A DNA stretch of 64,000 nt from a virus (Duplodnaviria; Caudoviricetes). Below the pieces are notes generated by a model that was not told the DNA's origin, searched no databases, and saw nothing but the letters and a program-made list of their open reading frames with translations. The translations under genes were made by a program, and so were the position numbers. Positions 1 through 9,184 of the stretch are shown in pieces; within the stretch, counting starts at the first letter, position 1, and each line of letters starts with the position of its first letter. The stretch is taken from positions 1 through 64,000 of the IMG/VR virus record IMGVR_UViG_3300021400_000491; one strand, 5' to 3'.

Positions 1-267
1 AGAACCGTCTTTCAGTAGACACGGTATATTGCACTGTATGCCCACGTCTAAGGCTTCTGCATTGAAAATCTCATACAAATCAAGCCAATTATCATATTCT
101 TCTTCCGTAAGATACTGATAAAGAGATTCTTCTTTGTTTGTGCAGTTTTCAAGATATGCGTTTATCAAGCGGGTAGACCAATAGCCTTTTGCTTCCCGAT
201 ATTCAATCGTCTTTTCACCGGACTTGATTTTTTCATACCATTGTTTTTTAAGTGGGAATGTCAGCAT
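1..267 (-). CDS. ASCH/PUA-like domain protein, 3' truncated by window edge
   Basis: Manual translation MLTFPLKKQWYEKIKSGEKTIEYRE...WSTRL matches the phage ASCH N-terminal motif; RBS GAGGTG; not in ORF track. Confidence 0.75.
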   Translation of the reverse strand, partial: MLTFPLKKQWYEKIKSGEKTIEYREAKGYWSTRLINAYLENCTNKEESLYQYLTEEEYDNWLDLYEIFNAEALDVGIQCNIPCLLKDGS

Positions 268-274
268 ATACACC

Positions 275-460
275 TCACACAATATCGAACAAAGTCGGCT
301 GTTTTGCGGCTTCGCGGTTCTTTCTTTCTTCAAGCAGTCTGTCTACTCTGGATTCAAGAATCTTTGACTTTTCGAGAGCTTCTTTTGAGCGTGTTTTGAA
401 ATACTCTTTTTGTGCGGCTCTCATGTCGTGTACCAAATCGGCGAATTCGCCTGTAGTCAT
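275..460 (-). CDS. Small hypothetical phage protein
   Basis: ORF 275..502, likely start ATG 460 after AGGAG; helical, ends PTLFDIV. Confidence 0.7.
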   Translation of the reverse strand: MTTGEFADLVHDMRAAQKEYFKTRSKEALEKSKILESRVDRLLEERKNREAAKQPTLFDIV

Positions 461-470
461 TTCTGCTCCT

Positions 471-556
471 AAAAAAAAAGAAGCCCGCGCAGTCCTCGAC
501 AACTACACGGGCAGTAAACGCCTTAAAAAAGCGTTCAATCATGTCGAGGGGAGATT
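471..556 (-). promoter_or_regulatory. Leader element A: hairpin plus intrinsic terminator with complementary loops
   Basis: Terminator GCCCGTGTAGT-TGTCGAGG-ACTGCGCGGGC-TTCTTTTTTTT; upstream loop contains CCTCGACA (549-542). Confidence 0.75.
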
Positions 557-584
557 CAACGCTCTTTTCTTGTTTATAAATCGA

Positions 585-669
585 ATTTACACCGATAATT
601 ATTATTTGTCAATACTAAAAACAGTAAAAGATACTATAAATTGACAGAATAACGGAATGAATGTATTAT
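585..669. promoter_or_regulatory. Divergent sigma70-like promoters
   Basis: Plus strand: TTGACA(641)-17-TATTAT(664). Minus strand: TTGACA(612)-16-TAAATT. Confidence 0.6.
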
Positions 670-698
670 AGAAAATAAGATTGTGGTGAGGTGGAAAA

Positions 699-2201
699 GT
701 GCTGAATGGCTTGATAAACGGCAAAAAAGAAGGTTACTCGCGTTATATTGCACAAGCCCCACAGCCGATTGTTAAGATTATTGATTTTAAGCCAAAAACA
801 GGGATTGAAATTCTTGTAGTAGAATTTCGTAAATCAAACACAACACATATTTATCAAGCCGGAGAAGAGCAGAATGTCTTACAGGGATATTCTTTTAAAT
901 TCTCCACAAATGATACAGACGGTAGCTTTTCACTCACTTTGCATCCGGGAAATTCAAGCAATCCATACTTTGACGAAATAAAGCCGTTGCAGATTGTAAA
1001 AATCTATGAGGACGGAAACGATGATAAAGTTCCCGATTTTGTAGGTGTAATCAACAGAAAGAAATTTGTCGCTCAACCGGGAAGCGGTTTAAGAATCAGT
1101 GTAATAGGAAAATCAGTAGCAAGTCTTATTAGCAGATTCAAGATTAGTCTTGACCTTAACGCTATGTCATTGACAAATCAGCTCGTAGAGCAAAACGCAT
1201 TGAACAAAGACCTTACAGCAGAACTTGCAAAGGAAGCGCAGACTGTATCATCTGTATTAAAAGCAATCTGGAAACACGCTGTAAATATGTCTACGAAATA
1301 TCTACAGTTAAGTAATTCTGGAATGGAAAAATACATCAGCAATTATCTTGGAAGTAATTTCTTTGATATTCAAGAAGGGTTAAAAATCAATTATCCAATC
1401 GCAAGTGTTTTTAACGGACAGAATACGGTGCAGTTTTGGGATATTGTGAGCGGTATTATTCCTTTTCCTGTTTATGAAAAATTTGCATTTATTGACGAAA
1501 AAGGAAAGACAAAAATTAAAGTCCGCGAAGTTCCTTTTGATTGTTCGGGTGACGGACTAGGATATTCTTCATGGGATAAACTCGAAAAAAACAAGATAGA
1601 AATAGACCCTGCAATCGTCAAAGGTTTTGATTTTGATGTTTCAGATGATGAAGTTTATACAGCGTTTTTCTCATATATCATAGGTTCACCAATCGAACAG
1701 GATAAGGCTTTAAGGCTTGCTGCACAAACAGACGGTTACGGCAAGAATGAATTGGCTCTTTACAAGGCAAAGGCAGAAATGTACGGATATAGCCCTCTTA
1801 CCGTTCAGTTTAATGGGTATGGAAAAACCGAAACAGAATACACAGGGGATTCCGAAACCTTAAAGAAACTAAATGAACGCCTGCAGGCATGGTACGGACA
1901 TCTTGAAGAGATGTTAAAAGGCACTATCACAATCGCAACTATTGTAAACAAAGAAGAGAGCAAAGACGAAAAAACGCCTATGTGTGGTGAGATTGTTTCT
2001 TTTCTTGGCGGTGAATTCTATGTAAACGAAGTTGAACATACTTGGAATTTCGGCGGAAACCCGGAAACAAAATTGACGGTATCACGCGGCGGAAACTATG
2101 AAAAGAAAAAGTTTGCTCCATTAGAGGGTATTACAAAACGCTATGTACTCTTTAAGCAGCTTCTTGATACGGCAAAGGCTAAGGGAATCAATATTCTGTA
2201 G
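699..2201 (+). CDS. Baseplate hub / tail protein (gpD/gp27-like)
   Basis: 500 aa, first gene of baseplate module; C-terminal FYVNEVEHTWNFGG..TKLTVSRG typical of hub proteins. Confidence 0.6.
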   Translation: MLNGLINGKKEGYSRYIAQAPQPIVKIIDFKPKTGIEILVVEFRKSNTTHIYQAGEEQNVLQGYSFKFSTNDTDGSFSLTLHPGNSSNPYFDEIKPLQIVKIYEDGNDDKVPDFVGVINRKKFVAQPGSGLRISVIGKSVASLISRFKISLDLNAMSLTNQLVEQNALNKDLTAELAKEAQTVSSVLKAIWKHAVNMSTKYLQLSNSGMEKYISNYLGSNFFDIQEGLKINYPIASVFNGQNTVQFWDIVSGIIPFPVYEKFAFIDEKGKTKIKVREVPFDCSGDGLGYSSWDKLEKNKIEIDPAIVKGFDFDVSDDEVYTAFFSYIIGSPIEQDKALRLAAQTDGYGKNELALYKAKAEMYGYSPLTVQFNGYGKTETEYTGDSETLKKLNERLQAWYGHLEEMLKGTITIATIVNKEESKDEKTPMCGEIVSFLGGEFYVNEVEHTWNFGGNPETKLTVSRGGNYEKKKFAPLEGITKRYVLFKQLLDTAKAKGINIL

Positions 2202-2208
2202 GTGATTT

Positions 2209-3168
2209 ATGGCGAAAGAAATAAGCATTGTATTAAATCGTAATTCCTCACCTATGAACAATCCAACAATTCCCGCTCCAATGCCGCCTATAAAAAACAT
2301 GATTGGATTCTGGGGAACTGTAACGGAAGTACACCCGGAAAACTGTACTTGCCGTGTAAGAATGGCAAGCGGTTATGTAATTGCGAATGTTCGCGTTATG
2401 GTTCAGTCATGGGTAACTGTTGATGATGAAAAAGGGTATTTGAGCGGTGAGCGATATTTACCGCCTGTTGATACTTTCGTTCTTTGTGTATGCCCGGAAG
2501 GAAACTTAGCGGACACCGTGATTATTGGTAGCGGTTTTGCTCTTTCTGCTGCTGTTCATGCGGATTTTAAGACAGATTCAGACGACAAGAAAGAACTTGA
2601 TAACGCTGCAAACACAAGAAAGATTGTAAAGAATTCGGGCTGGACTTTTGAAACCGACTACCGAAACGGCTCTAAAAAAATCCGTAATGCGCCGGAAGAA
2701 GGTGACGCAACAATCAGCATAGAAGTGAATCAAGGCGAGGACGGCGAAAAAGCGGACGGCGGAGTAACAACGATTAAGGCATACGGTACGACACTTACAC
2801 TGACTGAAAAAGACGACCCGGAAATAAAGGTTGAAACAATCGGAAATACAATCTTTGACATAACAGAAGATACGATTGAGTTTTCGACTGACGCTGAAAT
2901 TAAGCGGACTATTAAAAAGGCTCTTACGCTTGAAACACAGGACGCTTTGACTTTGACGGCTCAAAAAGATGTCGGCTTGAAGTCAAGCGGAAGCGGAAAA
3001 CTTGAACTTGGAAATACTGTAGCGACTTTGGGAGCTATGATAAATGACTTGCTCGGTTATCTTGCAAGCCTAAAGACAGTAGGAAGCCCGGCAAGTCATA
3101 CGGCAAGCCCGGATTTTATAGCACAGATACAGGCACTTAAAGCGAAGTGGGGGCAGGTGTTCAAATGA
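2209..3168 (+). CDS. Baseplate central spike (gpV/gp45-like)
   Basis: N-terminal OB-like GTVTEVHPENCTCRV, YLPPVDTFV, beta-rich C-terminus; follows hub. Confidence 0.65.
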   Translation: MAKEISIVLNRNSSPMNNPTIPAPMPPIKNMIGFWGTVTEVHPENCTCRVRMASGYVIANVRVMVQSWVTVDDEKGYLSGERYLPPVDTFVLCVCPEGNLADTVIIGSGFALSAAVHADFKTDSDDKKELDNAANTRKIVKNSGWTFETDYRNGSKKIRNAPEEGDATISIEVNQGEDGEKADGGVTTIKAYGTTLTLTEKDDPEIKVETIGNTIFDITEDTIEFSTDAEIKRTIKKALTLETQDALTLTAQKDVGLKSSGSGKLELGNTVATLGAMINDLLGYLASLKTVGSPASHTASPDFIAQIQALKAKWGQVFK

Positions 3169-3626
3169 GTTTAGTACAGTCAAAACTTAAAAATGATTTA
3201 CTCGCGGCTTTTAATTCCATGACAGACGGTGACGATACCGTTTTCGCAAAGAAGGTTTCTAAAGCTGTTGCGGATTATGCGCAGACAGGAGTTGTTTCTA
3301 CAACTGACGCAGGTGCAATTTCGGCAGGTGCTTTTACAGGAAAAGGCACAGGAAGTATAAGCGTACAATCTTCTATCTGTGAGAACATTCTGATTGCGGC
3401 TTGCCGTGCTATGGCGAATATGACAAGTGGCGGTGATACTTACCTTGCGGCACAAATGGCAAGCGGAATTCATGCGATGATTTCAGCCGGACAGGTAACA
3501 ACATCTGTTGTAGGTACGGTTATTCCGCCTAGTGGTGGCTCTTCTCCAATGGCAGGAAGCGCAAAGGGAAAAATGGTAGGTGTTTCTGCAACAATTCAAG
3601 CCGGACTTTTGGAAGCGGAAACATGA
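3165..3626 (+). CDS. Hypothetical baseplate-region protein (Gly/Ala rich)
   Basis: ATG 3165 overlaps the spike stop; 153 aa. Confidence 0.65.
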   Translation: MSLVQSKLKNDLLAAFNSMTDGDDTVFAKKVSKAVADYAQTGVVSTTDAGAISAGAFTGKGTGSISVQSSICENILIAACRAMANMTSGGDTYLAAQMASGIHAMISAGQVTTSVVGTVIPPSGGSSPMAGSAKGKMVGVSATIQAGLLEAET

Positions 3627-3643
3627 TGTAGAGGTAATAGAAA

Positions 3644-6061
3644 ATGGCAAGAATAATGAATCTGGGAGTATGGCACAAGGCTTATATGCTTGAAATTATG
3701 GGGCTACAAAAAGAAGACGGTTTTAGCCTTAGTTCTGCTTTGAATTTCAGCGGTTCAGAAGTGTTTACTTTTGCCTTGCCTCCAGAAGCGGAAGATTTTG
3801 ACTATTCTCAAAGAGTGACCGAAACAAAGACTTTCGGCGGTGCTGTATTCGATGATTACGGCAACGATACTTTCAAAATTACCATTTCCGGCTCTACAGT
3901 AAACAATGAAAAGAAACTTATTTACAGGGGAACAAAAGCAGTTCCCGAATATCTGACAGGCGAAAAAGAAATATTCAAGTTGCGTGATTTACTCTACAGA
4001 AGCGGGAAACTTGAAAACCTTGAAGGAAAGAAAGTCTATCTGTATGACCTTTCTAAGATGTCGGCTTTGCAGATTGCAGCCGGAAGCCCTTCTAAAAATA
4101 GCTGGTGGCGGGTACAGATTAAGTCACTCAAAATCAAAAGGTCAAAAGACAAGCCATTTACATACAATTACACACTCGAAATGATTGGATATTATGAGGA
4201 CAAGAAATCAATTCCAAGTCTTTTCGGTGGCGGTGTAGCTGATTTTATTTCCGGGGCGCAAAATGTTCTTGAAACTATCAACACAGCCTTTGCAACGGTT
4301 GAAATGGCAGCAGGGCTTTGTGCTGATATTAAAGCAAAAATAGACGAAACTAGCAAACTTATAGAAAACATTGACAATCCACAAGAAGCAATTCAAGTTA
4401 TAGGTGGCTTTGAAAGGGCTTTAATTGGTACATCTACCGTAAATGCCACTTATAATTCAGCAAAATCATGTGCCGCCTTATGTGGAAAATTAACAGAATT
4501 CAATGATGCAATGGGGCTTTCTGATGATACATCGAAGAGCGGAAGCATAAGCGAAGATGAAAAGTTTATCGTAACATTTGACGCAAACGGCGGACATTTT
4601 ATTGTCAAAGAAGAAGAGGTAGACAAGATAACAGAATCGGTTTCTTATTCTCAATCTGCAACAAAGCCGGAAACTGACCCGACAAGAACGAATTACGAAT
4701 TCGCTTATTGGTATCAGCTTTCAAGCCCGGACACAGAATTCAATTTCAAAGACACACCGATTAAGGCTGATATTATTCTTTTTGCAAAATGGGTACAGAA
4801 AAAAGCCGTTGTCACTTTCAATTCTCGCGGTGGTTCTGCTGTTGATTCGCAGACGGTTGATATTGGCGGAAAAGCCACAAAGCCGGAAACTGACCCGACA
4901 AGAGCAGGATATAACTTTACTCAATGGTGTTCAAATTATGCGGCAACTATCGCCTTTAATTTTGATACCGTGATAAATGAAGATACGACTATCTATGCTG
5001 CATGGGCAAGAATAACGGCGGTTACTGTCACATTCGACAGCAAGGGCGGTTCTGATGTTCCTTCGCAGAGTGTAGAGCCGGGAAATAAAGTTGTAAAGCC
5101 GGATAATCCGACTAAAGATAATTGTGTTTTTGGCGGCTGGTTTTCGGACGCTGAGTGTACAACGGAATTTGATTTCAGCCAGAATATCACTTCATCTATT
5201 ACTCTTTATGCAAAGTTTACACAGAGCTATTTCGATGTGACTTTTGACGCAAACGGCGGAAGTGCGGTAGAAAAGCAGACTGTAATAGGTGGTGGTACGG
5301 CAACAATCCCGGAACAACCGACAAAAGACGGTTACACTTTTGATTTCTGGTGTACAGATTCGGGGGCAACAAACGAATTCGACTTTACAACACCGATTAC
5401 GGCAGATACCACACTTTACGCAAGGTGGGTTTTGAATCAGTACACAGTAGCATTTAACAGTAACGGCGGAAGCAGCGTACAAAGCCAGAGCGTAGAGCAT
5501 GGAAAACTCGTTGTATTCCCGATTATGCCGACAAAGACAAACTACTCATTCTTTATGTGGTGTAAGGATAAATACCTTGAAGAAGAATTTAGTTTCTCAA
5601 CGCCTGTTACATCTGATTTGACCTTATACGCTCGCTGGTTCGGAAGTTCTTATAGTTTTGCTTTCGATTCTAACGGCGGTAATACTATTCCGACACAGAC
5701 GATTGAGAACGGCAAGAAAGCAACAAGAGTTGTACCTGCAAAGGCAGGAAACACTTTTGAAGGCTGGTTCTCTGATGAAGAACTAACAAAAGAATTCAGC
5801 TTTGACACGGCGATTGTGCATGACATGACTGTTTGGGCGAAATGGCAGCCGGACACATTCACGGTTACTTTTGAATCTAACGGCGGTTCGGAAGTAGACC
5901 CACAGACTATTGAATACGGAAACACGGTAACACAGCCGGACAATCCAACTAAGAGCGGAAGCGCATTTAGTGGCTGGGATTCTGATGAAGAACTGACACA
6001 GGGCTATGATTTTAGTAGTTCTGTTACATCTGATATAACGCTTTACGCAAAATGGAGCTGA
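3644..6061 (+). CDS. Tail/baseplate initiator-like protein with 7 InlB B (Listeria-Bacteroides) repeats
   Basis: N-terminal FTFALPPE..TETKTFGG..ITISGST domain; 7 repeats of about 70 aa, VTFDxNGG..PT(K/R)xGYxFxxW..FDF..ITxDxTLYAKW. Confidence 0.8.
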   Translation: MARIMNLGVWHKAYMLEIMGLQKEDGFSLSSALNFSGSEVFTFALPPEAEDFDYSQRVTETKTFGGAVFDDYGNDTFKITISGSTVNNEKKLIYRGTKAVPEYLTGEKEIFKLRDLLYRSGKLENLEGKKVYLYDLSKMSALQIAAGSPSKNSWWRVQIKSLKIKRSKDKPFTYNYTLEMIGYYEDKKSIPSLFGGGVADFISGAQNVLETINTAFATVEMAAGLCADIKAKIDETSKLIENIDNPQEAIQVIGGFERALIGTSTVNATYNSAKSCAALCGKLTEFNDAMGLSDDTSKSGSISEDEKFIVTFDANGGHFIVKEEEVDKITESVSYSQSATKPETDPTRTNYEFAYWYQLSSPDTEFNFKDTPIKADIILFAKWVQKKAVVTFNSRGGSAVDSQTVDIGGKATKPETDPTRAGYNFTQWCSNYAATIAFNFDTVINEDTTIYAAWARITAVTVTFDSKGGSDVPSQSVEPGNKVVKPDNPTKDNCVFGGWFSDAECTTEFDFSQNITSSITLYAKFTQSYFDVTFDANGGSAVEKQTVIGGGTATIPEQPTKDGYTFDFWCTDSGATNEFDFTTPITADTTLYARWVLNQYTVAFNSNGGSSVQSQSVEHGKLVVFPIMPTKTNYSFFMWCKDKYLEEEFSFSTPVTSDLTLYARWFGSSYSFAFDSNGGNTIPTQTIENGKKATRVVPAKAGNTFEGWFSDEELTKEFSFDTAIVHDMTVWAKWQPDTFTVTFESNGGSEVDPQTIEYGNTVTQPDNPTKSGSAFSGWDSDEELTQGYDFSSSVTSDITLYAKWS
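4560..6058 (+). repeat. Seven tandem coding repeats of about 210 bp (InlB B-repeat)
   Basis: Protein-level repeats; exact 27-bp DNA duplicate ACAAAGCCGGAAACTGACCCGACAAGA at 4661 and 4877. Confidence 0.85.
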
Positions 6062-6795
6062 TTATGATGTTAGAAACTGATGATGATAAGAAAGATTCTC
6101 TGATTGACGCGGAAACAGAGTTGAATTCTTGCGTATGTAAAATTGTTGCAGCCGTAAAACAGAAACAGACGATGTACGAGCCTGTTGTTTATGTTGATAC
6201 AGAAGGAAATGACGCTATCGCTTATGTGTACGATTCCCGGAAAATCCGCATGAGTTCAACAATGACGCTTGATAAACTCGCCGAAAAGTTTTTCGGAAAT
6301 GCGGATTATGCAAGTCTTATTGCTTACTACAACAATATTCAGAATGAGCATGAAATAGAAGCAGGAACGATTATAAAGATTCCTATTCTTTCGCCAGACG
6401 AATCAAACGCAAACAACCGTATCTATGCCATTCCGGGAGATACTGACAATTACGGTCGTGACATTGCGCTTGATGATGAGGGCGATTTTGCCGTACAGAA
6501 CGGAGATTTTGCCACAACAAGCAGCGTTGAAAACCTTAATCAAGCTATCGCAATGCGCCTTACAACAGCTTCGGAAAAACGCATAAGGTACAACGCTTAC
6601 GGTATCAAGGCACAAATCGGAGAAGAAGCCGTAAAGAATTACCTTTTGAGTACGGTTGAGCAGACTGTTTTAGCTGACCCTCGCGTAATGGAAATCAACG
6701 AGATTTCGGCAAGCAGCGACAATGACAAGATTTATATTGCCGTGGATTACACGGATATAAACGGAAATAAACAAAAAATGAATGAAGAGGTGTAA
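6052..6795 (+). CDS. LysM-like plus gp25/GPW-like baseplate wedge protein
   Basis: TLDKLAEKFFGNADYASLIAYYN..GTIIKIP (LysM-like), then GRDIALD..ENLNQAIAMRLTT..DPRV (gp25-like). Confidence 0.7.
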   Translation: MELIMMLETDDDKKDSLIDAETELNSCVCKIVAAVKQKQTMYEPVVYVDTEGNDAIAYVYDSRKIRMSSTMTLDKLAEKFFGNADYASLIAYYNNIQNEHEIEAGTIIKIPILSPDESNANNRIYAIPGDTDNYGRDIALDDEGDFAVQNGDFATTSSVENLNQAIAMRLTTASEKRIRYNAYGIKAQIGEEAVKNYLLSTVEQTVLADPRVMEINEISASSDNDKIYIAVDYTDINGNKQKMNEEV

Positions 6796-6797
6796 AT

Positions 6798-7871
6798 ATG
6801 GCAGACATCAAAAGATACGATGAACTTATGGAAGAAGCCTGCGCGAATATGATTGCAAGGCAGAACAAGATAACCGACTTTAACGAAGGTTCTATCATTC
6901 ACACGATTTTAGACACTTTTTGCCGCATTGTGGAAAGAGTGTATATTGCCATTCGTTCCGGGTTCAATCAAGGCTTGATTATGCTGATTTATTCCGTATT
7001 TAAGTTTGAGAAGAAAAGCGGAACTTATGCAAGCGGAAAAGTAACATTCAGCCGGGCTAGTGCATTGGACGCAAGAACGGTTATTCCTTCGGGCGTGAAG
7101 GTTTCGGGGAATGGTTTTAATTTTGTAACAACGGAAGCCGGAGCTATTGAAGCTGGCGCGGTTGATTCTGATGAAATCACGATAAAGGCAGAAGAAGCCG
7201 GAAGTGACTATAACTTGGAAGCTGGGGCAATTACAAGTATTGATTCATCTGTACCTAGCGACATTTCAGCCGTAACAAACAAAAACGCAATCACAGGCGG
7301 AACAAACGAAGAAACAGACGCGGAAGTAGAAGAACGGTTTACAAAGAAACTCGCCGGACTTTCCGGCACAAATCTTTACGGCATTGAGGACGCAGCTTTA
7401 AGCGTTGATTCTGTACGCTCTGTATCGGTAAAGAATCACAAGCCACCGTTGAAGAATGTTTATCATGTTTCGGTTTATGTTGACGATGGCTCTGGAACGG
7501 CAAGCGATGAACTTTTGCAGGAAGTGAAGAAAGCCGTTGAAGGAACGGAAACGCAGAACGGACACCTTGCACCGGGAGTAAACGCCCGCTATCTTGCTCC
7601 AACCGCCGTACCTGTTGATTTTGAGATTGAAGTTTCTACAGGTGATGTTGATACGGCAGAAACACAGGCAGAGATTAAAAAGATTGTTCAATCTTATGTA
7701 AATTCGCTCCGTATTGGCGGTACGGTTATTCTTTCAACGATTGTCGCAAAAATCCGGGCATTGTCTTATGTGTCTGATGTTACGATTAAATCACCGACTG
7801 AAAACTTTACCGTAAATAGTGAGCAGATTGCACGGTTTGGAAACGCAGAAATTACAGTTGTGGAGAGTTAA
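6798..7871 (+). CDS. Baseplate J-like protein
   Basis: ITDFNEGS, ITGGTNEETDAEVEERF, EAGSDYN motifs of the Baseplate_J family. Confidence 0.9.
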   Translation: MADIKRYDELMEEACANMIARQNKITDFNEGSIIHTILDTFCRIVERVYIAIRSGFNQGLIMLIYSVFKFEKKSGTYASGKVTFSRASALDARTVIPSGVKVSGNGFNFVTTEAGAIEAGAVDSDEITIKAEEAGSDYNLEAGAITSIDSSVPSDISAVTNKNAITGGTNEETDAEVEERFTKKLAGLSGTNLYGIEDAALSVDSVRSVSVKNHKPPLKNVYHVSVYVDDGSGTASDELLQEVKKAVEGTETQNGHLAPGVNARYLAPTAVPVDFEIEVSTGDVDTAETQAEIKKIVQSYVNSLRIGGTVILSTIVAKIRALSYVSDVTIKSPTENFTVNSEQIARFGNAEITVVES

Positions 7872-7873
7872 AA

Positions 7874-9163
7874 ATGAAACTTGGCGATTTTATAAAAAGT
7901 CCTTTTTCTACTCTCATAAACAGAAAAGGAATCATATTCAAAGCTCTTCTTGCTGACAATGGAAACGGCACAATGGAAAAGCTGATTTCTGGTGTTGAAA
8001 CTTGTCGCTCTGAATGGTGTAACGACACGGATTTTTACAACATGAGCGGTGAACGCTTTGAAAAATGCGCCGCATTGTTCAGCGTTCTTAAAAGAATGTA
8101 TGAAGAAAGTGACGAATCTTTCAAGAACAGAATTGGTTTGCTTTTGCACAGAAACGGTGATGATATTTGGGGCGACAAGTGGAATATCCTTCATATCTTG
8201 CAGACCTACTTTGATACAAAATCGGTATGGATTCGCAACAGCACGGATAAACCTAGCCTTAATATTCTTGCTGACCCGGATTTTGAAAAGATGTCTGCAT
8301 GGGCACTTGAAGGCGGGGCTGCATATTCACAGCAGGCGAATTTCAGCGGTGCTTTGGGTATGGCTTTTTCTTCTGTTGGTTCATGCTCGCAGATTGTTTC
8401 CGTATCACAGGACACTACATATTTTCTTCATTTCTTTGTGCAGGGAAAGATAAGTGTATCTGTAAGGGATAATAACGGTCGCTATTACTGTACGAAAGCG
8501 GGTGATTTCGGAGCATGGCAACAGAATAAATGTGTCGCAACTTTTTCTTCTGATGAATGGGATGCTAAAAGCCTGTTCTTTATTACTGATTCTGATGTCA
8601 GCGCGGTGACAATCACTTTTGAATATGTGGACATTGAAACATACCTTGATTATACAAGGCTTTTTGCAATGGACGGAAGCATTACATTCTCTGTAATCGT
8701 TCAGTTCAAAGGCGTTCACAGTGATTCAACGCTTATTCTTGCGCCGGGCGAAGCTGACCCGATTAAAGCTCCTGTTTTGGACTTTGCGGGATTCTTCGCA
8801 GAAGGTACGCAAGATGTAAAAGAAATAGACAGTGCAGACCAGAGCTTCTATGACTTTGATTCTGCTGCTGCAATAGCTGATGTTTCGCCACTTTTAACAG
8901 GTGGGGAAGAGGACTTTATACCGACTGCAAACCTCGACGGCAGGGCGTATATAGAGCTTGATACATGGTGCATGGCGGGCAATACGGACGGCGATGTAAT
9001 CACGATTGATTATGATTCAATGTCTTATTACGACAACGCATTTGTGTATGGAGCTACAGGCACTAAATCGCAGGCAGTTTACGAAGAATTGCTTGAGATT
9101 GTGGCTGCTGCGGGAACAACGCCATTCATTGAGCTAGTCACTCGTGAAAGTGCGGAAGAATAA
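7874..9163 (+). CDS. Baseplate wedge (gpI-like) protein with beta-sandwich/carbohydrate-binding-like insert
   Basis: Follows J; N-terminal LKRMYEESDESFKNRI pattern; NILADPDFE..W beta-rich domain. Confidence 0.55.
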   Translation: MKLGDFIKSPFSTLINRKGIIFKALLADNGNGTMEKLISGVETCRSEWCNDTDFYNMSGERFEKCAALFSVLKRMYEESDESFKNRIGLLLHRNGDDIWGDKWNILHILQTYFDTKSVWIRNSTDKPSLNILADPDFEKMSAWALEGGAAYSQQANFSGALGMAFSSVGSCSQIVSVSQDTTYFLHFFVQGKISVSVRDNNGRYYCTKAGDFGAWQQNKCVATFSSDEWDAKSLFFITDSDVSAVTITFEYVDIETYLDYTRLFAMDGSITFSVIVQFKGVHSDSTLILAPGEADPIKAPVLDFAGFFAEGTQDVKEIDSADQSFYDFDSAAAIADVSPLLTGGEEDFIPTANLDGRAYIELDTWCMAGNTDGDVITIDYDSMSYYDNAFVYGATGTKSQAVYEELLEIVAAAGTTPFIELVTRESAEE

Positions 9164-9184
9164 AATATCGAGGAGGCATTTTAT

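Noticed and set aside
252-644. 130-aa plus-strand ORF and the many other antisense ORFs in the track
   Set aside because: They shadow better-supported genes or regulatory DNA on the opposite strand and lack RBS or motifs.
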